Positions 1 through 9,490 of a stretch of DNA of 64,000 bases are shown piece by piece. This DNA comes from Lama guanicoe (taxonomy: Eukaryota), in assembly GCA_013239625.1 (NCBI GenBank), contig MU053933.1:1242001-1306000 (forward strand), read 5' to 3'. Made by a program: the position numbers and the translations under genes. The notes beneath the pieces were generated by a model. It did no database searches. It saw nothing but the letters and a program-made list of their open reading frames with translations, and was not told the origin of the DNA. Positions within the stretch are counted from its first letter, which is position 1. The number at the start of each line of letters is the position of its first letter.

Positions 1-234
1 TGGGGCTCACTGCACAGATCTGAGGGGGCGCCTCCATCCCAAAGAGGACCACTGGCCGCGCCCCAGGACCCGTCCTCCCAGCCCACGGCTCAGGAGCACG
101 TTGCTGGAGTTCCGTGGCTTCGTCCTCCCTCTGCACACCTTTTTGGTTGGCTCCAGGACCCTAATAAATAGCCCAACAAGCCAGTGGGGGGGCCTCGCCA
201 GCTCCTCTGACACAGCCTGTAGTGAACACTCAGG

Positions 235-345
235 GTTTGGTAGGATTAAGGGAGTTTCCCCACTTTAGATTTATTGGATTTGCTCGAATTCTGAACAATG
301 ACAATGTGTCATTTTTATAATAAAATGTTATTTAAAATAGAAAGA
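235..345 (+). mobile_element. Ancient L1ME-like 3' end fragment
   Basis: AT-rich GGTAGGATTAAGGG...ACAATGTGTCATTTTTATAATAAAA, resembling an L1ME 3' terminus. Confidence 0.45.
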
Positions 346-864
346 AAATCTACAGTCTTATCTGTCCTCCTAAAATCTTAGTTCACAAGACTTTCTTGGA
401 AAAGCGTCTCCTCGTCAACAGCCTGCTTTTGTGCGTGGGAATAATAAACAGGACACAGAGAGGGGCTGTAGGCACCCGGGACCTCTGTGGGGCCGCGCAG
501 TCCTCAGAGCACAAGCCTGAACAGTGAGGATTGGGCCAGAGCTGCCGCCCCAGGCTGGTTGACCAGACGGCCCTGCCGCTGGGCGGCATGGGGAGGCAGA
601 TCCTGGCTCCTGAGGCTTCCCGATGGGGGCTTGCCTCGCGCGTCGTCTCCTAGAGCTCCTGGGAGGGCGTGTGTGGGGTGGGCTTCAGGTCTGCCCTAGG
701 CTGCGGGGGGGGGGCCTTCACTCTCGCAGGCCTGTCAGACTCCCACGGGCGGGCAGCAGGTGGCCCGGAGGAACCCGAGGCCAGGGGTGTGCCTGGTGCT
801 TTTGACGCCCAGAGCAGGGCACTCTGGGACTCTCCCTGCCCCACGTGACAAAATGGTTTCCGGT

Positions 865-953
865 GGGGGAGGGTAGAGCCCAGGGGCAGAGCGCCTGCTT
901 AGCCTGCTCTAGGTCCTGGGCTCAAGCCTCAGTAATTCCATTAAAAAAAAAAA
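865..953 (+). mobile_element. tRNA-derived SINE, camelid Vic-1 type (diverged)
   Basis: GGGGAGGGTAGAGCCCAGGGGCAGAGCGCCTGCTTAGCCTGCTCTAGGTCCTGGGCTCAAGCCTCAGTA followed by an A tail. Degenerate A and B boxes. Confidence 0.8.
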
Positions 954-1469
954 GGATTTTTCCATGTAATCAGGGAATGATCATGAATAATCATGGTTTT
1001 CTTGATTGGTTCTTTGAAACAAACAATGAACAATAAAAAGACTATATTTCCATCTTAAAGGTATTATTATTCAAAATGAGTGAAATATTCCACCGAGAAC
1101 AGCCGTCTGCACTGAAGCGTCTCACCTCGTGGTCTGGGCTCCGTCTCACAGGTTCACATTTTAAACGTGCTGTAAAAGCGCCAAGAAGTCACGCAGAATG
1201 GCAGAGCTGAAGTGACGCCGGCTCTGTCTCCAAGCAGGCTGCCGTCGCTGATCTGAAACCTCATGTCTAAGCACAGAAAGACGTCGCATCACAGAGGCTG
1301 GAGGGAGAGCTGTCCCCGGCCTTGGCAACCAGCTCAGAACACGCTCACGGACGGGAGTCTGCTGGCGTCGGGCCGGCCATGTAACGGGAAGTTCTGGGGT
1401 GATTTCCACTTAGTAAATGCGTACAGAAAGACGAGGAAGAAAACTGCTTACCTGGAGATCACACACGCA

Positions 1470-1685
1470 CTGGGGTCAAGAGATGTGCGGCCTCGGGAAA
1501 CTGGAAAAGCAAGTCACGTAGTTTCCCCTGGAGCCTCCAGGAGGGACCAGCCCTGCTGACACTTTGGTCTGAGCCCAGTGAGACCCACTTTGGACTCTGA
1601 CCTCCAAACTGCGAGGTAACACATTTGTGTGGTTTTAAGCCACTGAGTTTGTGGTCTGCTACAGCCGCCACAGGAAACCGATACC
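1470..1685 (+). mobile_element. MaLR MLT1-type LTR, 3' part
   Basis: TCCCCTGGAGCCTCCAGGAGGGACCAGCCCTGCTGACACTTTG...TTTAAGCCACTGAGTTTGTGG...GGAAACCGATAC, typical MLT1 3' motifs. Confidence 0.8.
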
Positions 1686-2072
1686 ACACCACGCTCTTGG
1701 GTTTGAAAGGTACCTGAGGGCTCTGTGGCCACCCCACTCCCTGGGTCCAGGCTCTGTGCCGTTGGTGCTGTAGGCTCAGTGCTGGCTCACCCTGAAGGTG
1801 CCCTCCGGCCCCACCTGCAGCAGGTGCCACCACACCCCGCCGAGGCCTCCGCACACGGGTAGGGGCTGCAGGGGAGTGTCTGGACATTCCTGTGTCTGAT
1901 GGACCGTGGCAGACCCCTGGCCACCCTGAGCTGTGTAGCCCATAGGCTGAGGTTGTGCCCAGCCCCTGCCTGCAGTCCCAGCCTGTCTGAATGACCACAC
2001 GGAGGGCCAGGTGCAGGGTGACAAGGTGCCAAATACCAGTGGGGCCAAATGCAGTCATGAGGATTAGTCATC

Positions 2073-2187
2073 TTTTTAAAGAATTTTATTTATTTATCTG
2101 CTTATTGTAACGGAGGTCCTGGGGATTGAACCCAGGAGCCTGGGCATGCTAAGCATGCACTCTAGCACTGAGCTATACCCGCCCCCC
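2073..2187 (-). mobile_element. tRNA-derived SINE, camelid Vic-1 type
   Basis: Reverse complement reads GGGGCGGGTATAGCTCAGTGCTAGAGTGCATGCTTAGCATGCCCAGGCTCCTGGGTTCAATCCCCAGGACCTCC plus an AATAAATAAA tail. Degenerate TSD GGATTAGTCATCTTTT / GGATAAACCATATTTT. Confidence 0.9.
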
Positions 2188-3644
2188 AAGGATAAACCAT
2201 ATTTTAATGTGATGTTTAAACAAATCAAAATGCATGCAAAAAACCAGTGACGAGCAAAATATCAAATTTTAAACAGAGACGGGATCTGCCATGTCGGCTT
2301 TTTCCTTCTTTTTTTTCCAGAAGGAAAAAGCCTCCATGTGGCTCCGCCCAGCCCTGACCACGCGCCTGGCCCTGCTGGACCCCCCCATGGAGGGTACAGA
2401 CAGTCAGGTGCTTGTGCCCCTCCCCCCACCTCCCCATGCCCGGAGCAGGCAGCCTGCCCTGTGTAGGGCCACCCACCGCCCTGCCCACACCCCTGCCACA
2501 CCTCTCATGTTGACTCTCAGCCTGGGTGGGGAGCCTGCTCTGACGCCCCCTCCCCTTCCTCCGCACTGAGTGACCTGGGCACAGGGTTAAACCTTGTAAG
2601 CCCCTCTCTCCGGGTCTATGAAGTGGGGAGATGGGACCTGCATGCCACACAGAGTGGCCGCAAGGAACCACGAGGTCACCATCAGTGTGGCCTGGGGCCG
2701 GAGGGGTGCCCTCCACCCCCTACAGTGTTGATGACCTGCACCCTAATTGCCCCTTGTTGCCTGACCCCCTGGGGCATTGCCCCCCAAGACTGTAGACTTG
2801 CAGGGCAAAGGTTGGTGTCTGCAGATTTTTCTGGGCCCTTTATCACTGGCTGGTGTCACGCACGTCGCAGGTGCTCGGAGAGGCAGGGAGGAAGGGTTTG
2901 ATTCTGGGCATCACCAGTTGGGGAGGGGCTGTGTGAGGGATGCTCTGAAATTCCCGCTTTTGACACCAAGTCCACCTTGGATGTGCCAGGCACAGTCCCG
3001 CTTAGATAGCGGGTAAGCGCTCTTTCCTGCCCTGTTAAGTCCAGGAGTGGGAGGTAAATTTGCAAAGGCCCTGAGTGCTCTGAGGATGCACTTCGTCCAC
3101 AGACATGAGATGGACGCTGGACAGAAGCTGCGCTAGGACCCGGGGGTGGGGTGCAGAGTGACTGAGGAGCGTCTCAGGAGGGCTGCGGGAGCGGGGCCCC
3201 CTGCGCCGTGGGCGGGGCTGGGTGCTGAGCGGTGGTAAGTCAGCCCACGTCTCCTCAGAGGCCAGGCTCCTGAAAAAATATGAAAGCCTGAATCCTGGGA
3301 GCGACCTGACCACGGAGACAGGAGCGGACCGGTCACCAGGCCGGCAGCAGGGGTGGGGCGCCTTCCTTACTGGCCGTGCCTCTGTCCGACCCCAGGTTTG
3401 CAGGGACAGGGTCCAGAAGAAAGCCCAGGATATGGGGTCCGCATGCTTGTGAATCCACACCCACCTCCCCAGCTGGACACGCACAGGGCCCACAACAGGC
3501 TCCCTGGTGCCAGAAGCACGGGCACGTCTTCATTTCTTCTCTGCATTTTCTGTCCTTCTGGAGATTCTGCCCAGGACGTATGATTTTGGGAATCAGGAAG
3601 AAGTGACAGAGGGAATTCTGTTTGAAAACACAATGTACTCTCAC

Positions 3645-3900
3645 ATCGTAGCTCTGGGATTTGGGGACCACTCGTCCAACCCCCGTGCCTCAGTTTCCTG
3701 TCTATGAAACGGGGGCCCGAGGCCTCGCTGGTGGGGAGGCCATGGGATTACAGGGGACCACGTGCGCAGACGGCTGGTACGATCCCTGAGGCGCACACCT
3801 TCCCCCAGGATGGGGGAGAGGAGTCCCCACTGACCCCCAGGTGGGTAGGGGTTGCAGAACCACGCAGAAAGGAGCTCCCTGAGGACACTGTGTGTCCAGC
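3645..3900 (+). mobile_element. MIR fragments just upstream of the CRYAA promoter
   Basis: MIR core GTGCCTCAGTTTCCTGTCTATGAAACGGGG at ~3685-3715, plus a second degenerate core at ~3800-3900. Confidence 0.6.
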
Positions 3901-3959
3901 TCCCGGCTGTTGGGAACGGCAGGCCGGGGCTGGGAGCGGAGGGCGTGCAGCCCAGCCCC

Positions 3960-4075
3960 CCTTCCTGCTGACTGGGCGGCCTCCCTCGTGAGCTCACGCT
4001 TTCCAGACAGATCCCCTAATCCTTCCTTTCTGCCCCAGGCGTACATAAGGAGGGCCTGCCTCCCCGTTCCCCACC
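3960..4075 (+). promoter_or_regulatory. CRYAA: CRYAA proximal lens promoter
   Basis: Maf half-site/DE1-like TGCTGAC at 3966-3972; palindrome CGTGAGCTCACG at 3987-3998; GACAGATCCC at 4006-4015 in the position of the alphaA-CRYBP1-type site; TAATCC at 4017-4022; TATA-like TACATAA at 4042-4048. Inferred TSS ~4071-4075, about 70 nt before the ATG. Confidence 0.8.
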
Positions 4076-4140
4076 GCACTGCCCAGAGGCCCCTGCCAGA
4101 CGCCGCAGCAGCCCCAGCCCCTGCAGTGCCGACGGCCGCC

Positions 4141-4329
4141 ATGGACATCGCCATCCAGCACCCCTGGTTCAAGCGCGCCCTGGGCCCCTTCTACCCCAGC
4201 CGGCTGTTTGACCAGTTCTTCGGGGAGGGCCTGTTTGAGTATGACCTGCTGCCCTTCTTGTCGTCCACCATCAGCCCCTACTACCGCCAGTCCCTCTTCC
4301 GCACCGTGCTGGACTCCGGCATCTCCGAG
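4141..4329 (+). CDS. CRYAA: Alpha-A crystallin (HSPB4), coding exon 1 (aa 1-63)
   Basis: ATG at 4141 in a perfect Kozak context (GCCGCCATGG). Translates [63 protein letters not shown], followed by donor GAG|GTGAGG at 4330. Length 189 nt, phase 0. Confidence 0.99.
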
Positions 4330-4616
4330 GTGAGGCCTGCTGCCTTCCGCGGCGCTGCCCCCGCCGGCCTGGGCCGTGCGGAGGGGAAGCAGGGATCTCT
4401 GAGGCCCAGCCCGGGGCAGCCGCGAGCTCCACCTGCTCCCACCTTGTTTCCTGGATGGTGACGTCCTCAGGGCCACTTCCCTACCTCCCCTGACCTCCTC
4501 CTGCCCGGACGCACAGAGGCCGGGTGGGCTGTCCCCCAGCAGAGCCTCCCCTGCCTCTGGGAGGGGGGCCGGCAGAGGACCCGCCTGAGCCCGACCACAG
4601 TCTTTCCTCCCATCAG

Positions 4617-4686
4617 CTCATGACCTGTATGTGGTTGGTTAAGGCCCCCATCGCATGCTGGGAGCCCCCAGAACAGCCCCGCCAAA
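4617..4686 (+). pseudogene. Pseudo-exon: relic of the alternatively spliced alpha-A-ins exon in CRYAA intron 1
   Basis: TCTTTCCTCCCATCAG acceptor, then CTC ATG ACC TGT ATG TGG TTG GTT (LMTCMWLV; rodent ins peptide LMTHMWFV...). After a +1 shift it reads CAT GCT GGG AGC CCC CAG AAC AGC CCC GCC AAA (HAGSPQNSPAK; rodent HAGNPKNNPVK), followed by GC at 4687. Length is 70 nt instead of 69. Confidence 0.9.
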
Positions 4687-5538
4687 GCCAGCTTGATGGT
4701 GGACGGAGCTTTGTGCTCAGGGGCCGGGCTTTCCCCCCCAGCAGGAAGCCTGGGGGTGGGCTGTGCCGCCCGAGGTCCCGCTGCAGAGCTGCAGAGCCGC
4801 AGGGCGGGCTCCCGCCAGGTCTGCCCGGCACCCGAGACCAGGCCCCGAGGGGACGCAAGGAGGCCCATGGCCTTCCCTACCCCTGAGCCCCTGACTCCCC
4901 CAGGGTCCAGCATTCTGGAGGGGCCAGGTCTCACGACTGCAAAAACAGGGTCCTGCCCAGAGCTGGTACAGCGGTGGTCACTCCAGGGGCCAATGGAGCC
5001 GAAACGCCTGTCCCGGGTGAGGGTGAGAGGAGAGGGGACGAGGCACTTTGTGTGTGAGGAGCTGGGCAGCCCATGCGGGCACGCAGGCTCACCACGTCCT
5101 CTTGCAAAGATGGGCCCAGGCTGTTTAGGGACAGGTGAGTGGAAGCCGGGGCAGCGACCTTCTTCCAAGTGCGCAGTCCCACCGGCTAGCCAACCAACCC
5201 ATGACCAGCTCTGTAATCATAACCTGCCACTCAGCTCGTAACCAGCCACCTAACGCAACCAACCAGCCCCTCAACCCACAACCAGTCAGCCAGCCGGCCC
5301 CTCACCAGGCAGGTGCTGGGTGCCAGCCTAGTGTCTACCCCGTCCTGAGTCCCAGGCCCTCCGTCCCCGGGGCATGTGGAGGGAGCGCTCAGAGCCCTGA
5401 CCTGCAGTCTCTGTCCCGACTGGGGACCGAGCCCCGGCTGCTGCACTCGGGCCACTCCAGCCAGCCCTGCAGGGGCCACGGCAGTCTCCTTCCCTGAGCT
5501 GCGGCGCGGCGGAGACCCACACGCGTGCCTGGTTTCAG

Positions 5539-5661
5539 GTCCGATCCGACCGGGACAAGTTTGTCATCTTCCTGGATGTGAAGCACTTCTCTCCCGAGGA
5601 CCTGACGGTGAAGGTGCTGGAGGACTTCGTGGAGATCCACGGCAAGCACAATGAGAGGCAG
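5539..5661 (+). CDS. CRYAA: Alpha-A crystallin, coding exon 2 (aa 64-104)
   Basis: Acceptor GGTTTCAG| at 5538. Translates [41 protein letters not shown]. Donor CAG|GTGAGC at 5662. Length 123 nt. Confidence 0.99.
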
Positions 5662-6527
5662 GTGAGCTGGAGCTCGTCTGCGCCCCCTCCCCGGGCAAGT
5701 CCGCCTCCCGGTGACCTGCAGGCCGGCCCCAGCCCTCCGCAGCCTGGGCAGCAGGCTGTCAGCCAGTGGGGGCCTGCAGGGACCCCCACCCAAGAACGGC
5801 TCAGCAACCCTGGCTCTGTCCAAATCCCCCGAGGGACGGGAGAGAGTCAGAAAGACCCCAGCAGACGCTGGTGCCCAGGGGACGTGCCCCGCAGGGCTTC
5901 ACCCCAGCCTCACGTGGGAGGACCGTGCCGCTGGGCCTGTCAGAGCCCAAGAACCGGGGCCCGGCTCTCTCCAGGGGGCGGGGCACAGCCAGGACAGCGC
6001 TCGGGGGCCAGGGCTTGGTCCAGTGGTGAGAGAAGCTGGTGGTGCGGGAGAGACCCCACCCCTGTCTGCTGCTGGGCCCCTCTAGACGCCCAGACACTCT
6101 CCTGGGGCCTCAGTCTTTCCCCCTGGAGAGGTGGGAGTGGGGCCTGGGGGCCGAGCTGGATCCAGGCCGTCAGGAGGAGGGAACGCCGTTGGGCCCAGGC
6201 TTGGCTTTCTGATCTGGTTGGATGGACAGCAGGGACTTGATCCCCGCTGGTCAGTGGGGCCACAGGCAAAAGGAAAGCTGGACCCCAGGGCAGGGCCAGG
6301 GACAGGACCGTTCATGGGATCTTGGAGTGAAATTAGTTTGAAGCGCCAACCTTGGGGGTGCCCAGACCTCCTGCAAGAGGCAGGGAGGTCCCGAGGTCCC
6401 AAGGCCCCGGACCCAGGCCAGCCTCACCCCTGCCTATGACAGTGTTTGGATTTGGCCCTCGGGCCGTCCTGGAGGGCCTCCTCCACCCCTGGCAGTGGCC
6501 TCTGTGACCCCTTTCCACCCCACCCAG

Positions 6528-6737
6528 GATGACCACGGCTACATCTCCCGCGAGTTCCACCGCCGCTACCGCCTGCCTTCCAACGTGGACCAGTCCGCGC
6601 TCTCCTGCTCCCTGTCGGCGGACGGCATGCTGACCTTCTCTGGCCCCAAGATCCCGTCCGGTGTGGACGCCGGCCACAGCGAGCGGGCCATCCCGGTGTC
6701 GCGGGAGGAGAAGCCCAGCTCTGCACCCTCGTCCTGA
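6528..6737 (+). CDS. CRYAA: Alpha-A crystallin, coding exon 3 (aa 105-173 + TGA)
   Basis: Pyrimidine tract and CCCAG| acceptor at 6527. Translates [73 protein letters not shown], with R116 and the IPV motif intact. The spliced total is 63+41+69=173 aa, the canonical length. Confidence 0.99.
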
Positions 6738-7295
6738 GCACGACCTCGGCCTCGGCTGCCACCCGCTGCGGCCCATCCGCCTGGGCCTAGGCAGGAGCGT
6801 TGGTCCCCCCTGCTTTCCTCTTTTTCGTCTCCTTCTCCCCTTCTCCCAGGGATGCAGGTTTGAGAGGGTAGTCGGGGGGGCTTGGGGCCTTGGCCTGCAG
6901 TGCTGAGACCTCAGAGTGACCCGGACCCCAACCCCGGCCGGCTGGTGGAAGTGACCTCCATCCCCGCTTCGTAGACGACATGCCGCCCTCCCGGAGGCAG
7001 GCCTGTCTAGGCCGGCGAGCACCCTGGCTGAGCAGTCTCTGGATGACCTCTGGTCTCCCGGGCCAGCCGGGCGCGTCTCGGCCCTCGGTGGCCGGCGCCC
7101 TCATCGCGGCCGGGCCAGGTGCCGTGAGGTCCGTGTGGCGTGGGCCCCCGTGTGCCTGGGCTCCCCGCAGCCTCCATCTCTCAGACCACCTTCCCTTCAA
7201 CCTCCCTGTACGTAGTGCTGCTCCTGGGGTGTCTGGTCACCCGTGAGAATGCAGCTCGTGGCAGTCAATAAAGAGCAGGTGACAAGCAACTTGCT
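6738..7295 (+). other. CRYAA: CRYAA 3' UTR (3' end approximate)
   Basis: Sequence between the TGA at 6737 and the first downstream AATAAA, with a GT-rich element after it. Confidence 0.75.
7267..7272 (+). terminator. Polyadenylation signal of CRYAA
   Basis: AATAAA 530 nt after the stop codon, followed by TTGCTGTGTGGTGG (GU-rich downstream element) at ~7291. Confidence 0.85.
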
Positions 7296-7880
7296 GTGTG
7301 GTGGCCGTGCCGTCTGTGCGGGGAGTTTGGAGAGCAGGGGGGAAGGCGCCGTGCAAAGCGTCGCTGGGGCACGAGGGGCGGGTTGAGGGGCCCTCGGGGG
7401 CTTCTGGTGACCAGGGCTGAGTGGTCCACCCAGAGGGGGTGGCCTTCTCACTGTCTGCCCAGACCCCCGAGATGGGGGGAGACTAGTGTGAAGGCCAGCA
7501 GCCTCCACCAGGGAGCCGGCGGGGGCTCAGCCAGGGGCCCTGCCGGCTGCATGGTGACCGGTGACCACGGGGAGGGCCAGGGGAGTGGCCAGATGCGGCC
7601 TCCGGGAGCGGAAAGCGAGCAGACGCCACGGCTGGACGTGCACGGCTGGTGTGTCAGGCCGTGCAGAGGCGCTTTGCTGGGGAGTGGAGGCCAGGGGCCT
7701 CGGGGACCCTGACGGGGTGGTGCCCTCACGCCTCCTCCCGGCAGAAGCTGGCCACCAGCAGGGGAGGACCCAGGGGAGAATCTCAGACGGTGATCGCTGC
7801 CCAGCACGCGGCAGGACAGTTGCTGCCGCGTGGGTTTTAAGTGGAAAGCAGGGCATTCGTGCGAACCTATGCACGCGCGT

Positions 7881-7910
7881 GCACACACACACACACACAG
7901 ACACACACAC
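7881..7910. repeat. (CA)n microsatellite, imperfect
   Basis: GCACACACACACACACACAGACACACACAC. Confidence 0.95.
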
Positions 7911-8315
7911 GCCCTTGTGGCTCTCGGGCACTCTGGCCCCCATCGACAGAAGGGTCCTCACCCTGCGGGAACTTCCCCAGACTCCTCCCCCCACCCCCCT
8001 CCGCCCTGCTCCTTCCAACAGGAAGCCCCCTGCGGCCTGTCCTGTCCACATCCGTGGAGAAGAGGGTGCCCTGTGTGGGCAGCAAAAGTGGCCACTTGGG
8101 GGCTGCAGTGGGTGCTTTTGAAGTTTGGAGTCTCTGAGGCCCTCTGCCCCCCTGGCCTCCCCAGCTGTTGTCAGAAGATGGCTTTGGTTTTGCACAGCCT
8201 GGCCCATCGCCGCACGGCGCTGGTGGGCTGGGGGCCTGCCGGCCTGGCTGCAGCCAGAGCCGGGCCGTTGTTAGACACCGCTGGTCTTGCATTCACTGGG
8301 TTCCTGCCTCAGCCT

Positions 8316-8674
8316 GGTAATGGGCTGAGCTGTGACCCCCAAACCCACCTGCTGAGGTCCTCCCCCTGGCACCTCGGAATGAAACTGCTTTGGAGATGGT
8401 TAAGGTGAAAGAGGTGGTGAAGGTGAATGAGGCCATCAGGGTGGGCCCTGATCCCGTAGGACGGGCGTGTTTATAAGAAAATGAGACCAGCACAGACACA
8501 CCTAGGGGGACGACTGCGTGAGGACATGGGGAGGAAGCGGCCGTCTGCAGGCCCAGGAGGGAGGCCTCAGGGGAACCAGGCCTGCAACAACCTGCTCTCA
8601 GACTGTGAAGAAATGAACTTCTATTACGGCTCCCACCTGTGGTAGGCGTTACGCAGCTGGAGCGGGCTAACACA
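8316..8674 (+). mobile_element. MaLR solo LTR, MLT1A-like
   Basis: Runs from ATGGGCTGAGCTGTGACCCCCAAA through GGGTGGGCCCTGATCC and GAGGCCTCAGGGGAACC to GCTAACACA. 5-bp TSD AGCCT (8311-8315) / GGCCT (8675-8679). Confidence 0.85.
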
Positions 8675-9021
8675 GGCCTGAAGCCGCAGCCTTTGGCCCT
8701 CTGGCGAGGGGTGTGCGGCCAAGCGGGAGGCCCAGGGAGTCCTGGATTGAGCTCCTTGGTGGTTTGCAGGGAGTGCTGGGGCTCAGCCCAGGCAGGGAGC
8801 TGAGAGGACTTTCCCTGATGGCACGTGGGCTGGGAGACCCCGTCTTGCCTGGCCTCGTCTGAAACCACCTCTTCTGTCTCAAGTCTTATTCAAGATCTCC
8901 GGGGGGTGGGGGGACCTCATCCCACCAAACATGAGACTGGAATGTGGTTACGTGGTTCTGGATCAGGAATGGGCATGTCCCCTCCTGGGATCTCATTTTT
9001 GCCCTGAGCAGCAAGATGATT

Positions 9022-9023
<2 letters not shown>

Positions 9024-9077
<54 letters not shown>
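9024..9077. repeat. Perfect (CAG)18 trinucleotide repeat
   Basis: 18 uninterrupted CAG units counted. Adjoins a minus-strand MIR/L2-type end, ATTAACTGAGCACCTACTGTGTGCCAGGC. Confidence 0.97.
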
Positions 9078-9079
<2 letters not shown>

Positions 9080-9457
9080 AAAGCATTAACTGAGCACCTA
9101 CTGTGTGCCAGGCGCTGTGTCAACCACACTGGCAGCTGGCAGCTCCCGCGCAGCCCAGCAGCCTGTAATGGGCTCCACTGACAGGGAGGAAATCCAGGCT
9201 TCCAGGCGGAGTCACCTACCTGACACTCCCCATGGGCGAGGGCCTGGCCTCTGTCTGACCTCAGAAGCAGAACTGGCAGCCACTGCCTAGTGGGCATTAT
9301 CATACAGCATCACCCTCAACCTGTCAGGAGGCAGTGAGCAAGCCAGGCTGGTCCTGTTCTGCAGCCCACTTGCTGTGTGACCACAGGCAGATTTATCAAG
9401 CTCTCTGAACATTGGATTCCCGTCCTCCCCAGTTCACGAGGATGGTGGACTAGTCAC

Positions 9458-9490
9458 TGCGATTCCAAGAGTCACCACCAGGTGGCAGCA
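9458..9490 (+). promoter_or_regulatory. Candidate CTCF site (core plus upstream module)
   Basis: TGCGATTCC-N5-TCACCACCAGGTGGCAGCA. Confidence 0.65.

Noticed and set aside
2110..2187. tRNA-Ala-like sequence (also at 865-940 and 57040-57115)
   Set aside because: The acceptor stem is not intact and the copies have A-rich tails (this one also a TSD), so they are SINEs rather than tRNA genes.
3892..4461. 189-aa ORF suggesting an N-terminally extended or read-through CRYAA
   Set aside because: It starts at a GTG upstream of the TATA box and inferred TSS, and it runs through the exon 1 donor. Only 4141-4329 is real coding sequence.
5578..6240. 220-aa ORF beginning KHFSPEDL
   Set aside because: This is exon 2 read into intron 2 past a canonical GTGAG donor; the remainder has no protein-like character.
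8886..9303. Poly-Leu signal-peptide-like and poly-Ala ORFs
   Set aside because: These are translations of the intergenic (CAG)18 repeat.
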